36,778 nt of DNA, from positions 105,842 to 142,619 of IMG/VR virus record IMGVR_UViG_3300033156_001223. One strand, 5' to 3'. The notes under the pieces were generated by a model. It searched no databases. It saw only the letters and a program-made list of their open reading frames with translations, and had not been told where the DNA came from. A program made the position numbers and the translations under genes. Below, piece after piece: positions 1 to 9,342 of the stretch. The first letter of the stretch is position 1; every line of letters starts with the position of its first letter. The stretch is from a virus. Its lineage: Duplodnaviria; Heunggongvirae; Uroviricota; Caudoviricetes.

Positions 1-566
1 AACGCTTTTACTAATATTGTATGAAAATGCCTAGATGCCTGTTGATCGTGAGTTCTTACCAAGTAAGAAGGATGATATGTTCGAAAACATGCCAAAGTTT
101 TATCTCCAATTTTAATTGGTTTTGGGTTATTACCAAAAGTACTCAATTTCCCCAATCGAAAATAACTAGCAGGTAGTTCCCCTAATATCACAATGCAATT
201 GGCCTTATGTAGCAAGGAAATCTCTTCCAACAAAAAGTCAGCACAAGTCTGGATCTGATTTTTAGTCGGGTCTTTTACTCTCTTCTCAACATTCGGAAAA
301 CACTTAACTAAATTAGTAATATAAATATAAGAAGCTGGGTCTATTCCAAATTTTCCACAAATTGTCTCTAATTTACTTCTTAATTTTCGGCCTGAGGGAC
401 CTACAAAAGGTCTCCCTTGCTCTATCTCTTCTTTACCAGGAGCAATCCCTAAGATTATCAAACCTGCATCCTTACTCCCCTCCCCACATACTTTACCATC
501 ACTAATCCTATGGAGATCACATTTCTCACAAGCTTGAATTTTCTTGCACAACTCTTCCAAACTCAT
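1..566 (-). CDS. Uracil-DNA glycosylase superfamily, family 4-like (4Fe-4S); partial, runs off left edge; absent from ORF track
   Basis: Manual translation from ATG at 566 (SD AAAGGAG): MSLEELCKKIQACEKCDLH..VCGEGSKDAGLIILGIAPGKEEIEQGRPFVGPSG..YITNLVKCFP..QIQTC..EEI..IVILG..TYHPSYLVR; four cluster Cys, GRPFVG, TN and HP motifs; no stop before base 1. Confidence 0.9.
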   Translation of the reverse strand, partial: MSLEELCKKIQACEKCDLHRISDGKVCGEGSKDAGLIILGIAPGKEEIEQGRPFVGPSGRKLRSKLETICGKFGIDPASYIYITNLVKCFPNVEKRVKDPTKNQIQTCADFLLEEISLLHKANCIVILGELPASYFRLGKLSTFGNNPKPIKIGDKTLACFRTYHPSYLVRTHDQQASRHFHTILVKA

Positions 567-1920
567 GATACTTTCTCCTTTCCGATTTATATCCAATCTC
601 TCGCAGAACCTTCCTCATCTTCAAGGCCACATAATGTATTGGAAGAGATGTTAGATCATCAAATACAATCACTAAAGGAGATTTTTTGTTAGCAACATCT
701 CTCAAAACTCTTCCAACAGCTTGTTGGACATTAGACTTATCCGCTAGTGGGGTAAGCATTACGAGGGTGTCTAAATCTGGCTGATCCAGACCCCGTTTAG
801 CTAACTTACGGATAGCAAAAATTATTTGGCAGGATTGAAGTTGTCGGATTCTCTCTCCCTGCTCAATCTCCTGAATACACAGCCCAGATCCTTTGAATTC
901 CCTATGCAACCTTTTCAGTTGCTTCTTTCTCTCTCCAAGCACCAGAATCTTCCTTCCCTGCATTAATAGATATTCTAAAATTTGCTTAATATATCCTTCC
1001 CTTGTTTCATCCTCGCTTAAAGCAGTTACTAAGTTAGCATAATTCTCAGAATAATTCAAATTTTGCGAGAATGGCAATTCCAAAAAGATAATCCGCGGAA
1101 TAAGAGGCTGGGTATAGTCCTGATAAATAGGAGTTCCAATATGATATTCATAAATCCGATGCATTCCATCTGCCCTCTCTTTAGTAGCAGAAAGCCCAAA
1201 CCTCTGCCCAAAGAACATATCAGCAGTGCGAGAGTAGACTGGAGTGGACATCTCATCCACTTCATCCCATATTACTATCCCAAAATAAGCTCTAAGTTCT
1301 TCAGATATTTCCCACCGATGCTTACTTAAGGTCTGAAGCATGGCAATAACTATTGGTTTTTTCCAATCCCACACACCACCACGAATAACTCCAATCCATT
1401 CATCGGGAACAACTAGAAATTCTTTAATCCGATCAACCCATTGAGCTAACAAATGAGTAGTATTCACAATAACCAAAGAAGGAGTTTGCCGCTCAGCAAT
1501 AAGCTTCAACGCTACTACAGTCTTGCCAGAACCACACGGCATTATCACTACTCCGTGCTTGCTAGACCTCATTGCCTCGAAAGCAGCCAATTGGTTGTCT
1601 CTTAATTCAATCCTATCCTCAATCCTTCTAGACAGTTTTGGAGGTTCCGGCCTTCTATCCTCCAATTTACTGATTATTTCTTTAGGAAGAGGAAAATACC
1701 TAGGTAAAATATAATGAGTATCAGTAGCTAGAAAATGAGACAGACAGACAGTTTTGTATTTATCAGTATATTGGAAGGTTAGACTAGCCCTCAGGGGGGC
1801 TTCTGCTAACCCACAATTCTTCGGAATATAAAGACTTTCGCGTACTAGAAAATCATTCTTCGTCAGGTTGTTCAGGTAGTATTTCTTCTGTATCTTCTGA
1901 TTCCTCACTTTGTTCTTCAT
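526..1920 (-). CDS. Superfamily 2 (DExD/H, XPB/UvsW-like) helicase
   Basis: Motif I MPCGSGKT, II DEVD, III SAT, V RGLDQPDLD, VI QQAVGRVLR. Confidence 0.9.
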   Translation of the reverse strand: MKNKVRNQKIQKKYYLNNLTKNDFLVRESLYIPKNCGLAEAPLRASLTFQYTDKYKTVCLSHFLATDTHYILPRYFPLPKEIISKLEDRRPEPPKLSRRIEDRIELRDNQLAAFEAMRSSKHGVVIMPCGSGKTVVALKLIAERQTPSLVIVNTTHLLAQWVDRIKEFLVVPDEWIGVIRGGVWDWKKPIVIAMLQTLSKHRWEISEELRAYFGIVIWDEVDEMSTPVYSRTADMFFGQRFGLSATKERADGMHRIYEYHIGTPIYQDYTQPLIPRIIFLELPFSQNLNYSENYANLVTALSEDETREGYIKQILEYLLMQGRKILVLGERKKQLKRLHREFKGSGLCIQEIEQGERIRQLQSCQIIFAIRKLAKRGLDQPDLDTLVMLTPLADKSNVQQAVGRVLRDVANKKSPLVIVFDDLTSLPIHYVALKMRKVLREIGYKSERRKYHEFGRVVQENSSL

Positions 1921-2065
1921 TTTCCATTTCCACCCATTGTGTGACTCTTTTGGTTATCTCCGCCATTGCAGTTATCAAAACTCCAGTAACCATCATTTTT
2001 CCAGTTTTTTCCATTATCTGCTTGCCAATCTCCTTGGCTTCTCGCTTAATCCCTTCCCAATTCAT
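1853..2065 (-). CDS. Hypothetical protein, acidic C-terminus
   Basis: SD AAGGAGG upstream of ATG; head of the minus-strand helicase/UDG operon. Confidence 0.6.
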   Translation of the reverse strand: MNWEGIKREAKEIGKQIMEKTGKMMVTGVLITAMAEITKRVTQWVEMENEEQSEESEDTEEILPEQPDEE

Positions 2066-2106
2066 ACTTTCCCTCCTTACAGTTTAATTTAGAAACCGGT
2101 CAAATT

Positions 2107-2157
2107 GTTATAACATATTTTCTGCTAATTTGAAAAAAGAAATTTTTGGTCTATAAT
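2107..2157. promoter_or_regulatory. Divergent sigma70-type promoters with overlapping -35 regions
   Basis: Plus: TTGAAA(2130-2135)-16-TATAAT(2152-2157), 9 nt before ATG 2167. Minus: TTCAAA-16-TATAAC(2107-2112) with extended TG. Confidence 0.6.
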
Positions 2158-2166
2158 AAAGCCGAT

Positions 2167-2745
2167 ATGAAGATTAAATTAGCCTCTAAAGAAGATGTAA
2201 TTGCTGCCAGCAGCCTTTTCAAGACCGAGGAACTGCTGCCTAGCGAAAAACTGGTCCTAGCTAAAGCTATCCAAAAAGCAGCTACTCAGCTAGGAGCAGA
2301 GGTGGATAGTCAGATAACTAAAGTAGCCAGCTATAATCTCCAAAGGCCAATGGAGAACATCCAAAAATCACTGGAAGAGCGAAAAGAATACATAGAAGCC
2401 AAAAAAGTGGATAAATTATTGGAAAAAGTAGCCAACAAGGTAAAAGCCATTGATAAAATTAAGATTATTGAGGAATTCGACGTGGCAAATGGTCTTGACC
2501 GCCTTTGGGGAAAGTTTATTGCAGATCCTATCAGCACGGTATTAGATATCAAAGAGAATGAAGAGAAAAAAGTAAAAATAGCCTCAGCAGAAATACCGGT
2601 ATCAGTTATAGAACAGAAGAAGGATCATCTTGCAAAATATTTTGTTAAATCCTTTGTAGATAAGTTACTAGAAGATCCGAATGAGGCAATAAGTTCTCTC
2701 AAGCCCCAGACTCAGGAGTTACTATATAGTCTAATTAATGGCTAA
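2167..2745 (+). CDS. Hypothetical protein with repeated K-x-A-[S/N/T] motifs; possible virion/head protein
   Basis: ORF track 2146 (TTG) lies inside the promoter, so likely start is ATG 2167; motifs KLAS, KAAT, KVAS, KVAN, KIAS; first gene of the portal-terminase unit. Confidence 0.65.
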   Translation: MKIKLASKEDVIAASSLFKTEELLPSEKLVLAKAIQKAATQLGAEVDSQITKVASYNLQRPMENIQKSLEERKEYIEAKKVDKLLEKVANKVKAIDKIKIIEEFDVANGLDRLWGKFIADPISTVLDIKENEEKKVKIASAEIPVSVIEQKKDHLAKYFVKSFVDKLLEDPNEAISSLKPQTQELLYSLING

Positions 2746-3343
2746 CCAAAACAAAATAGCTATCGAATTTGAGGCTCCTACTCTTGCTCAGCTGATTGCA
2801 AAACAGCATCCTAAGTATTTACTACTTACCCCATATGACCGGCTACAAATCATACAAGATATTGTACCTCCTGATATGGTAGAAGTGCTCCATAATAAAC
2901 TAGAAGGATGGGTAACTCTCAATGTTTGTGAAGATCCGTATCAAGACTGGTGGTCATTTGAAAAATGTTGCCAGGCGATAAATGGAGTCATACCTCATTT
3001 TTTTCTAAGTGAGCCAGTTAGCCCCGCTCAGGCAGCCTACTGTATCTATTTGATTAAAAACGCAAAACTTACTGAACCTTCTGAAGAAATCTATTGCTAT
3101 ATTGCTGCCTCAGCAGCCCACCAAGGCTATATAGTATTACCTAAAATACTGGAAAAGGCAGATAAAGTACTCCCAGAAATCCTATCCGATATTGGTCAGA
3201 GTATTAGACAGGAGATATTGAATAATCGTGCTACAAAGGAGATAATAAAGGAACAAAGGAGGAAATTATCAATTATTTCCTCATATTTAAATTTAAAGCT
3301 TTCTAAACTAATGCAAGAAAGGAAATTGGTGGAAAAATGGTAA
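2738..3343 (+). CDS. Hypothetical protein upstream of portal
   Basis: 201 aa ORF overlapping both neighbours in the plus-strand packaging unit; no motif recognised. Confidence 0.65.
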   Translation: MANQNKIAIEFEAPTLAQLIAKQHPKYLLLTPYDRLQIIQDIVPPDMVEVLHNKLEGWVTLNVCEDPYQDWWSFEKCCQAINGVIPHFFLSEPVSPAQAAYCIYLIKNAKLTEPSEEIYCYIAASAAHQGYIVLPKILEKADKVLPEILSDIGQSIRQEILNNRATKEIIKEQRRKLSIISSYLNLKLSKLMQERKLVEKW

Positions 3344-5061
3344 GAAGGTCACCTGATACTTTGTCAAACAAAAGTCGTCAAGATGCAACTCTCTTTAATC
3401 GGCATCCATATCTACAACTTGCTACTCTGGAGCTGCCTAAAACTGTTAAAGAATCTTTTCCACTTATTGAAGCTTTCACCCTCACTTTTCCCTTAATTTC
3501 AGAGGCGTTGCGTAAACTTGCCACATATCCGGTTACTAATATCGTGTATGATACTGAAGATGAAGCAGTAAAAGAGAGTTGGCGAGAAATTATTGAGGAT
3601 GTTCTAAATCTCCCAGAGAAACTCTGTGATATTAATTATAATTATCTTTTGTATGGTAATACCTTCCTTTCATTAACTATTCCAAGAGAGAAAGTAGGTA
3701 AATGCCCTCTTTGTAATAAAAGATTCCCACTAAAGTCTGACATTGTTACCTTCACTGCTGGAAGGATTGATATTAGTCAATGCCCCAAATGCGGAAGAAG
3801 ATCTTTTGAAGTAGAAATTACAGAAAAACCAAAAAAAGATCCTCATCAATTGAATTTGCTACTTTGGAACCCTAAAAACATCATCATTGAGTATAATCCT
3901 TATACTGGTCAAAGCGAGTATTGGTATCAAATACCTCCTCAGGAAAAAAATATTTATTTAGGGAAAAGTTCTACTCCACTTTTCAAACAGCAAATACTTG
4001 AAACTCCTTTGAAATTTTTGGAAGCAATTCTGCAGGGGAAGATGGCACATATTAGAAGAGACAAAATTCTCCATATGCGCTCACCAGTACTTAGCGGATG
4101 GGATCAAGCCTGGGGATGCCCAAGGCTACTTTTTGTATTGAAACATATGTATTATTTGTTACTTATGTTAAGAGCCCAGGAGGCAATTCTTAGAGACCAT
4201 TTGGTTCCCCTGAGAGTATTGCATCTTCCTACAGTAGTCCAAGGTATGCAAGGAATTGTCGATATAACCCTCCAAGATGCTAGAAAAAGATTGATTTCAG
4301 AAATAGAAAAATGGAAACAGGATCCGAACCACATCTCCATAATTCCTTTACCAGTTACTTACTCGAACTTTAGTGGCCAAGGTAAGATGTTAAATATAAC
4401 CGCGGAAATAACTGAGTGGTCTAGACAAATCATTGCTAGCCTAGGAATACCACCGGAATTCATTTATGGTCAGCTAACTTGGAGTGGTAGCAATGTTTCT
4501 TTGAGAATGTTGGAAAATGATCTACTTACTCTTAGGAATTATGACGTGAAGATTTTGAATTTTATAGTAGATCAAGTTCGTAGTTACTTCCCTGAATTTC
4601 CCCCGATCAAACTTCACCTCTCCGAATTCAAGATGGCTGATGATGCTACCCGGAGAGAAATGCTACTACAACTGGCTAGTAAAGAAATGATATCCTATTC
4701 TACTTTACTTCAAGATTTCAACATTGATTTCAAAAAGGAGATTGAAAAGAAGATTCAAGAAAATATTATGCTCGCAGAGCTTGACATGTCAGTTATGCTT
4801 AGACAAATCAAGGCACAATCAGAAGCCCAGCTACAAAAGTTTATAGAGGAAAGAAAACTACAGCAATCAATTAGCCCTGCAATGGCTGCTGGCCAACAAT
4901 CAGTGCAGGCTCCACCAGCCCAATTAGAAGAGGAGGAACCACCCAAGCCTCAGGAAGAAAAGGCACCAAAAGAGAAAGAAAAAGCTATTAAACAAATGGA
5001 GAAAGAACAACTGCCTGAGCAAAAACCTCCTAGAAGAGGCCCCGAATCTAGTCAGATCTGA
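3337..5061 (+). CDS. Phage portal protein with Zn-ribbon insertion
   Basis: Portal-like segments (NYLLYGNTFLSL, ILHMRSP..WGCPRL..LRAQEAI, IIASLGIPPEFIYG); CPLC..CPKC insertion; Q/E/K/P-rich tail; adjacent to terminase. Confidence 0.75.
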   Translation: MVRRSPDTLSNKSRQDATLFNRHPYLQLATLELPKTVKESFPLIEAFTLTFPLISEALRKLATYPVTNIVYDTEDEAVKESWREIIEDVLNLPEKLCDINYNYLLYGNTFLSLTIPREKVGKCPLCNKRFPLKSDIVTFTAGRIDISQCPKCGRRSFEVEITEKPKKDPHQLNLLLWNPKNIIIEYNPYTGQSEYWYQIPPQEKNIYLGKSSTPLFKQQILETPLKFLEAILQGKMAHIRRDKILHMRSPVLSGWDQAWGCPRLLFVLKHMYYLLLMLRAQEAILRDHLVPLRVLHLPTVVQGMQGIVDITLQDARKRLISEIEKWKQDPNHISIIPLPVTYSNFSGQGKMLNITAEITEWSRQIIASLGIPPEFIYGQLTWSGSNVSLRMLENDLLTLRNYDVKILNFIVDQVRSYFPEFPPIKLHLSEFKMADDATRREMLLQLASKEMISYSTLLQDFNIDFKKEIEKKIQENIMLAELDMSVMLRQIKAQSEAQLQKFIEERKLQQSISPAMAAGQQSVQAPPAQLEEEEPPKPQEEKAPKEKEKAIKQMEKEQLPEQKPPRRGPESSQI

Positions 5062-6653
5062 TGGCTGAAGCTAAATCATATCTTAATATGACTCCCTCGC
5101 AGTTTGTCGAGAACTTTATTCGTATCTCGGGAAGAGAGTTTAAAGGTGAATGTGGGTTTGAATACTGGCCATACCTAAAAAGAGTCTATGACACTCCACA
5201 CCGCATGATTATTCTCCATTCTTCAAGACAGAGTAGTAAGAGTACTACTATTGGAAACTTGCTCCTCACTTATGCAGTGATCGAAGCACCACTAAGTGCT
5301 CTATATGTAGGGAGAAGTGATAAACAAGTAGCACAATTTAGTAGAGATAGACTTAAAGTTACCATGTCTACCTCTCCGTTACTAGCAACACTTACTTCGG
5401 ACAGTAATTTATCTCAAAATGTTTCGGAAAAAGAATTCTCAAATGGTTCAATAGTCAGACTCCGATCAGCTGGGGCACACCCGGATACAGTGCGAGGAAT
5501 TGCTGCTCGATTCTTAGCTGTTGATGAAGCTCAAGAAATTCAAACCAACTTCCTTCCAGTAATCTTCGAATGCACCGCAACATATCCAAAAGATAAGATT
5601 ATTTTTATTGCTGGAACTCCTCTCAGTCAAGATAATACTCTAAGTAGATATTATTATCAGTACTCCACTATGAATGAATGGATGATTAAATGTGAAGGTT
5701 GCAATAGATGGAATATCCTTGGAGTAGAGAATATAGGTGAGTCTGGAATTATATGTGCTAGGTGTGGCAGACCGCTCGATTACCGCAAAGGTATCTGGAT
5801 AGCAGGAAGAACTGATGCGGAGTTTGAAGGATTTCGATTTAGCCAGCTAATTACTCCTTACTCATACTACGACTGGGAGAAATCAGTTCTTCTTAAATAT
5901 AAAACTTATCCAATTAATCAATTTTTTAATGAAGTCCTTGGGCTTCCTTATGAACAGGGAATTAAACCAATTACCTATGACCAAATTGTTGCCTGCTGTC
6001 AGAATTATGACATTATTACTGAGCCAAATAATGCTCTAAAAGTAACCCAGAGCTTCGCCGGCATAGACTGGGGTACTGGTGAAAGTTCTTATACGGTTCT
6101 CTCAATTGGGGCTATGTTGGGTAACAAGGTCAAAGTTTACTTTATTAAAAAATACCGTGGAGTAGAAGCAGTTCCAGATAGATGCTTGGATGATATCTGT
6201 AAGATGATTAAAAAATATCAGGTCAATACTGTAGCAGCTGATTGGGGTGGAGGCATGAAATATAATTTCGACTTATACAGCCGCCTCTCCCCACAACACA
6301 CAGTCGTACAAGTACAGGAAAGTGGTACTCTAAAAGAAAAACTGAAGTTTGACCGAAGGAGTGGATACTATGTAGTCAATCGAACTATGTTTCTTAGTGA
6401 TGTATTTTGGATGATAAAAAAGAAAATGATCATATTTCCAAAAAAAGATTTCTTCATGCCAGATTTTGCTCAAGATATACTATCAGTATATCAGGAAGAA
6501 ACTGCTAGAGGAATTCGTTATGACCATCCACCGGGAGAGACGGACGATACGTTACACTCTCTAGCATTTATGTTAATAGCTGCTCAACTAACTGTCGGAC
6601 TCTCCTATCTATATTCTCCCAGAGAAGCAGCAAAAATTCATTTACCAGAATAA
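5061..6653 (+). CDS. Terminase large subunit, GpA (lambda-like) family
   Basis: Walker A-like SRQSSKST, Walker B VRGIAARFLAVDEAQ, coupling motif GTP, Zn finger CEGC..CARC, RNase H-like nuclease AGIDWG, terminal DDTLHS. Confidence 0.88.
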   Translation: MAEAKSYLNMTPSQFVENFIRISGREFKGECGFEYWPYLKRVYDTPHRMIILHSSRQSSKSTTIGNLLLTYAVIEAPLSALYVGRSDKQVAQFSRDRLKVTMSTSPLLATLTSDSNLSQNVSEKEFSNGSIVRLRSAGAHPDTVRGIAARFLAVDEAQEIQTNFLPVIFECTATYPKDKIIFIAGTPLSQDNTLSRYYYQYSTMNEWMIKCEGCNRWNILGVENIGESGIICARCGRPLDYRKGIWIAGRTDAEFEGFRFSQLITPYSYYDWEKSVLLKYKTYPINQFFNEVLGLPYEQGIKPITYDQIVACCQNYDIITEPNNALKVTQSFAGIDWGTGESSYTVLSIGAMLGNKVKVYFIKKYRGVEAVPDRCLDDICKMIKKYQVNTVAADWGGGMKYNFDLYSRLSPQHTVVQVQESGTLKEKLKFDRRSGYYVVNRTMFLSDVFWMIKKKMIIFPKKDFFMPDFAQDILSVYQEETARGIRYDHPPGETDDTLHSLAFMLIAAQLTVGLSYLYSPREAAKIHLPE

Positions 6654-6674
6654 CTTACCTTATGGTTCCAAGAA

Positions 6675-6923
6675 TTATCTCAACTCACCATTTAACAATT
6701 TGTTTACAAACTCATTCCCTCTCTGTCTATCCTTCGCAACTTTGATCGCCTCTTTTCTTAAATCATCAGTGACCTTCTCAAGTCTCACTTCTTGATATGA
6801 CCATGAGATCCCATCCGACTCAATTAACAAAATACTGTTATTACCCAAATCTAGGGCAATAGGAGTCTGCTCTGGTGTTAGCCCCTTCCGTATCTTTGCA
6901 AGGAAAAGATCCACTACTTGCAT
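6675..6923 (-). CDS. Hypothetical protein
   Basis: SD AAAGGAG; converges on terminase. Confidence 0.6.
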   Translation of the reverse strand: MQVVDLFLAKIRKGLTPEQTPIALDLGNNSILLIESDGISWSYQEVRLEKVTDDLRKEAIKVAKDRQRGNEFVNKLLNGELR

Positions 6924-6977
6924 TGTTTATCTCCTTTCTTGTAATTAACTATGGCAAGGAACTTATTTAATTTATTC

Positions 6978-7448
6978 TCATAAAACATGCACCTCTTCAG
7001 CCTTAAAACCAGCTTTCTGTAGATACTCCCGAACATCAACCCAGAACGAGTACATATCCAGAGGACTGGATAAGTAACGATAATGATATAGTAACTTTAT
7101 AAGAGATCCGGTCAGATCTAGCATTTCTTGTAAGTCTTCCAAACTTGCATGCCCATGCAAATAATCACTAGTGCATGCGCAAATGCTGTGAAATAAAATT
7201 TCTAGCCCTTTCTCTACATCATGTGGAGTATCCACTATTCTGAAAACTGGATCTGCTCCACCCCGATATATCCAGTATCCAGGCTTCCCTTCAAAAGCAC
7301 TATCAGTCAAATAATATATAGTTCCTTCTATATGAAAATATCTTTTTATGCTCTCAATATTCTCATATTTACGGATAAAGACTCTTCTTTGAGTTTTCTC
7401 TTGTTCATGAGGAACGACTTGCATATTTCTCCTCCATAACGCTTTCAT
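6978..7448 (-). CDS. Hypothetical protein (start may be 7424)
   Basis: Operon context; internal SD GGAGG before MQVVPH. Confidence 0.6.
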   Translation of the reverse strand: MKALWRRNMQVVPHEQEKTQRRVFIRKYENIESIKRYFHIEGTIYYLTDSAFEGKPGYWIYRGGADPVFRIVDTPHDVEKGLEILFHSICACTSDYLHGHASLEDLQEMLDLTGSLIKLLYHYRYLSSPLDMYSFWVDVREYLQKAGFKAEEVHVL

Positions 7449-7699
7449 CTTCCAGCTCTTTTATTCACCCTAGCTCTCATATAATCAAACAGCAAAATTG
7501 TAAGCTGACTACATAACATAGATGTTATCAAACTTCCTAATGCCAAAAACACAAAAACACTAGACTCAGTAAGTACCCAAAGAGCGGTGAGCACAAAAAA
7601 CATAATCATTCCAATTATAAAATAGACAGATAAAACCTTAATTCCATAAATTCTGCATTTTGCTAAAATACCCTTCTCATTCATTTTATCATCTCCCAT
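7445..7699 (-). CDS. Small membrane protein, two predicted TM helices
   Basis: Two hydrophobic stretches; SD GGGGAT. Confidence 0.6.
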   Translation of the reverse strand: MGDDKMNEKGILAKCRIYGIKVLSVYFIIGMIMFFVLTALWVLTESSVFVFLALGSLITSMLCSQLTILLFDYMRARVNKRAGR

Positions 7700-7717
7700 C
7701 TTTATCCCCCATCCTCC

Positions 7718-7915
7718 CTATTTCTCCTTTTCTTCTAAAAAAGGACACCAATCAGGAATAGGAAGATACTCTAATCCCCTTGAATAGAATTCTCCTTTAA
7801 ACATGATAACCCTTCTTTCAGCCTTCCCACATTCCCAACAAACATCTCCTAATTCTCTCAAAAAAGGGCATTGGAAACAGTTGCTAACCTCAATAGTTAC
7901 CTTAAACTTCCTCAC
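7718..7915 (-). CDS. Small Cys-rich phage protein
   Basis: CFQCPF..CWEC..IPDWCPF pattern; SD GGAGG. Confidence 0.6.
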   Translation of the reverse strand: MRKFKVTIEVSNCFQCPFLRELGDVCWECGKAERRVIMFKGEFYSRGLEYLPIPDWCPFLEEKEK

Positions 7916-7999
7916 TATTCTTTTCCTCCGAAAACTTCATCGCAGACTTTTCATCCAGAATTCCTTGATACATTTCTTCCTCCTACAAAACAGTTTTTA

Positions 8000-8332
8000 T
8001 CAAATATTTTTGAGTTCTGGTAACTTCGGGCATTTATCTTTATCCTTTTTCAATGCTTTCCCTGGCCAAACTACAAGAACATGTGCCTCTACTGACTCGC
8101 CTAAGTACCCTACGTCTTTGAGTCTTATCTCCCACTTTTTTCTTCCCGCTAGCATATTTCCCTGATAAAGGTAAGGGATGAACCCATGTAACATAAATAA
8201 ATCTATTCCCAGTCGAGCATTAAGAGTAAATTTGTGTAAATCATCAACATCGATATCTTCGAGTTGCCTCTTAGAAGGCTCACCCAGCTCGATTATACCC
8301 TCCAAGCCAGTCCTGTTACTGGCAAACGTCAA
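8000..8332 (-). CDS. Hypothetical protein (5' end uncertain)
   Basis: Frame stays open upstream to 8413 without a start codon. Confidence 0.5.
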   Translation of the reverse strand: MTFASNRTGLEGIIELGEPSKRQLEDIDVDDLHKFTLNARLGIDLFMLHGFIPYLYQGNMLAGRKKWEIRLKDVGYLGESVEAHVLVVWPGKALKKDKDKCPKLPELKNI

Positions 8333-8492
8333 ATCATATTGTCCCTGCAGATTTACCCTTACTTCATCCTGGTAAAAAAGTAATTCGTCAAATACACAGT
8401 ATTTTCTCTTCCGCTAATCCCATCTTCCTTCTCCTTTCTCCTTTGCTCTTTTCTCCATTTAAGATCCTCTTCAAAGGATCTTATCCAAAATT

Positions 8493-8684
8493 TCACCTAT
8501 CTCCTTTCTCTTTTATTTCTTTTTTAATCTCTTCGTATATCTTTTTATATCTTTCACAAACATCTTTTCCTTTACAAACAAGAACAAATGTATTTCTACA
8601 GCAATCATAACAATAGAATGTAGGGTAAATCAGAGCTGGGCATTTTATAACATCTTTGTCCGAACCACAATAGCTACATTTCAT
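8493..8684 (-). CDS. Small Zn-finger protein
   Basis: CSYC..CYDCC..C..C; SD AAGGAGG. Confidence 0.55.
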   Translation of the reverse strand: MKCSYCGSDKDVIKCPALIYPTFYCYDCCRNTFVLVCKGKDVCERYKKIYEEIKKEIKEKGDR

Positions 8685-8903
8685 AACTAGCCTCCTTTCC
8701 TTATACTCAAACCCTCAGTATCAATAATTATATTCTCCAGCATCTTTGTCCTCCTTTCCTTTTTCTTATCCTCTATAAAACTCTTTATCCATCACTCTCA
8801 TCTAAATCAAACAACACTTTAATAAATTCCCCACTTTCCTCATTCTTGGGGTAACAAATAATATCTCCATCGCTGTTTCTTTCCCCCCTTTCAATCAAAA
8901 ATT

Positions 8904-9326
8904 TTATTTGCTCTTCCTTGGAGGCAAAGGTTTAAGTTCCGTTATCTTTGATGAATAAAAAATAGATGGACCGAATAGAAGATACCAAGTATTCTGTCTT
9001 TCCGCCTTTGCGTTAGCACATTCTGTAATATATTCAGAAAGGGTTTTACTTTGTTCCATATTATCCAAAGCCCCACCAACTAAGGACCCAGGCTTCACAG
9101 AATACCGTGCCTCTCGAACCAATTCTACATGCTCCTGCAAAGTTATCGCCTTTTGCCTCATACCCACCAACTCCGGGTAAGCTCTAATTCCAGTAGCAAC
9201 AACTGCAAAAGAAGCCACCCAGAAAATCACACTGAAAATAAAAGCAAAATATGCAGCCCCATTGTCGCGTTTGGCAAAGAATACTGTAAGAAAAGTTGCC
9301 ACCAGTGCCAAAATTAACCAGATCAT
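8904..9326 (-). CDS. Membrane protein (two N-terminal TM helices, then helical region)
   Basis: Likely start MIWLILAL at 9326 with SD AAGGAGG; the ORF-track extension overlaps the protease gene. Confidence 0.6.
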   Translation of the reverse strand: MIWLILALVATFLTVFFAKRDNGAAYFAFIFSVIFWVASFAVVATGIRAYPELVGMRQKAITLQEHVELVREARYSVKPGSLVGGALDNMEQSKTLSEYITECANAKAERQNTWYLLFGPSIFYSSKITELKPLPPRKSK

Positions 9327-9342
9327 CCTTCTTCCTCCTTCT

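Noticed and set aside
340-372. Apparent frameshift or stop in the UDG gene
   Set aside because: A careful re-read gives a continuous frame (LETICGKFGID); it is absent from the track only because it has no stop within the window
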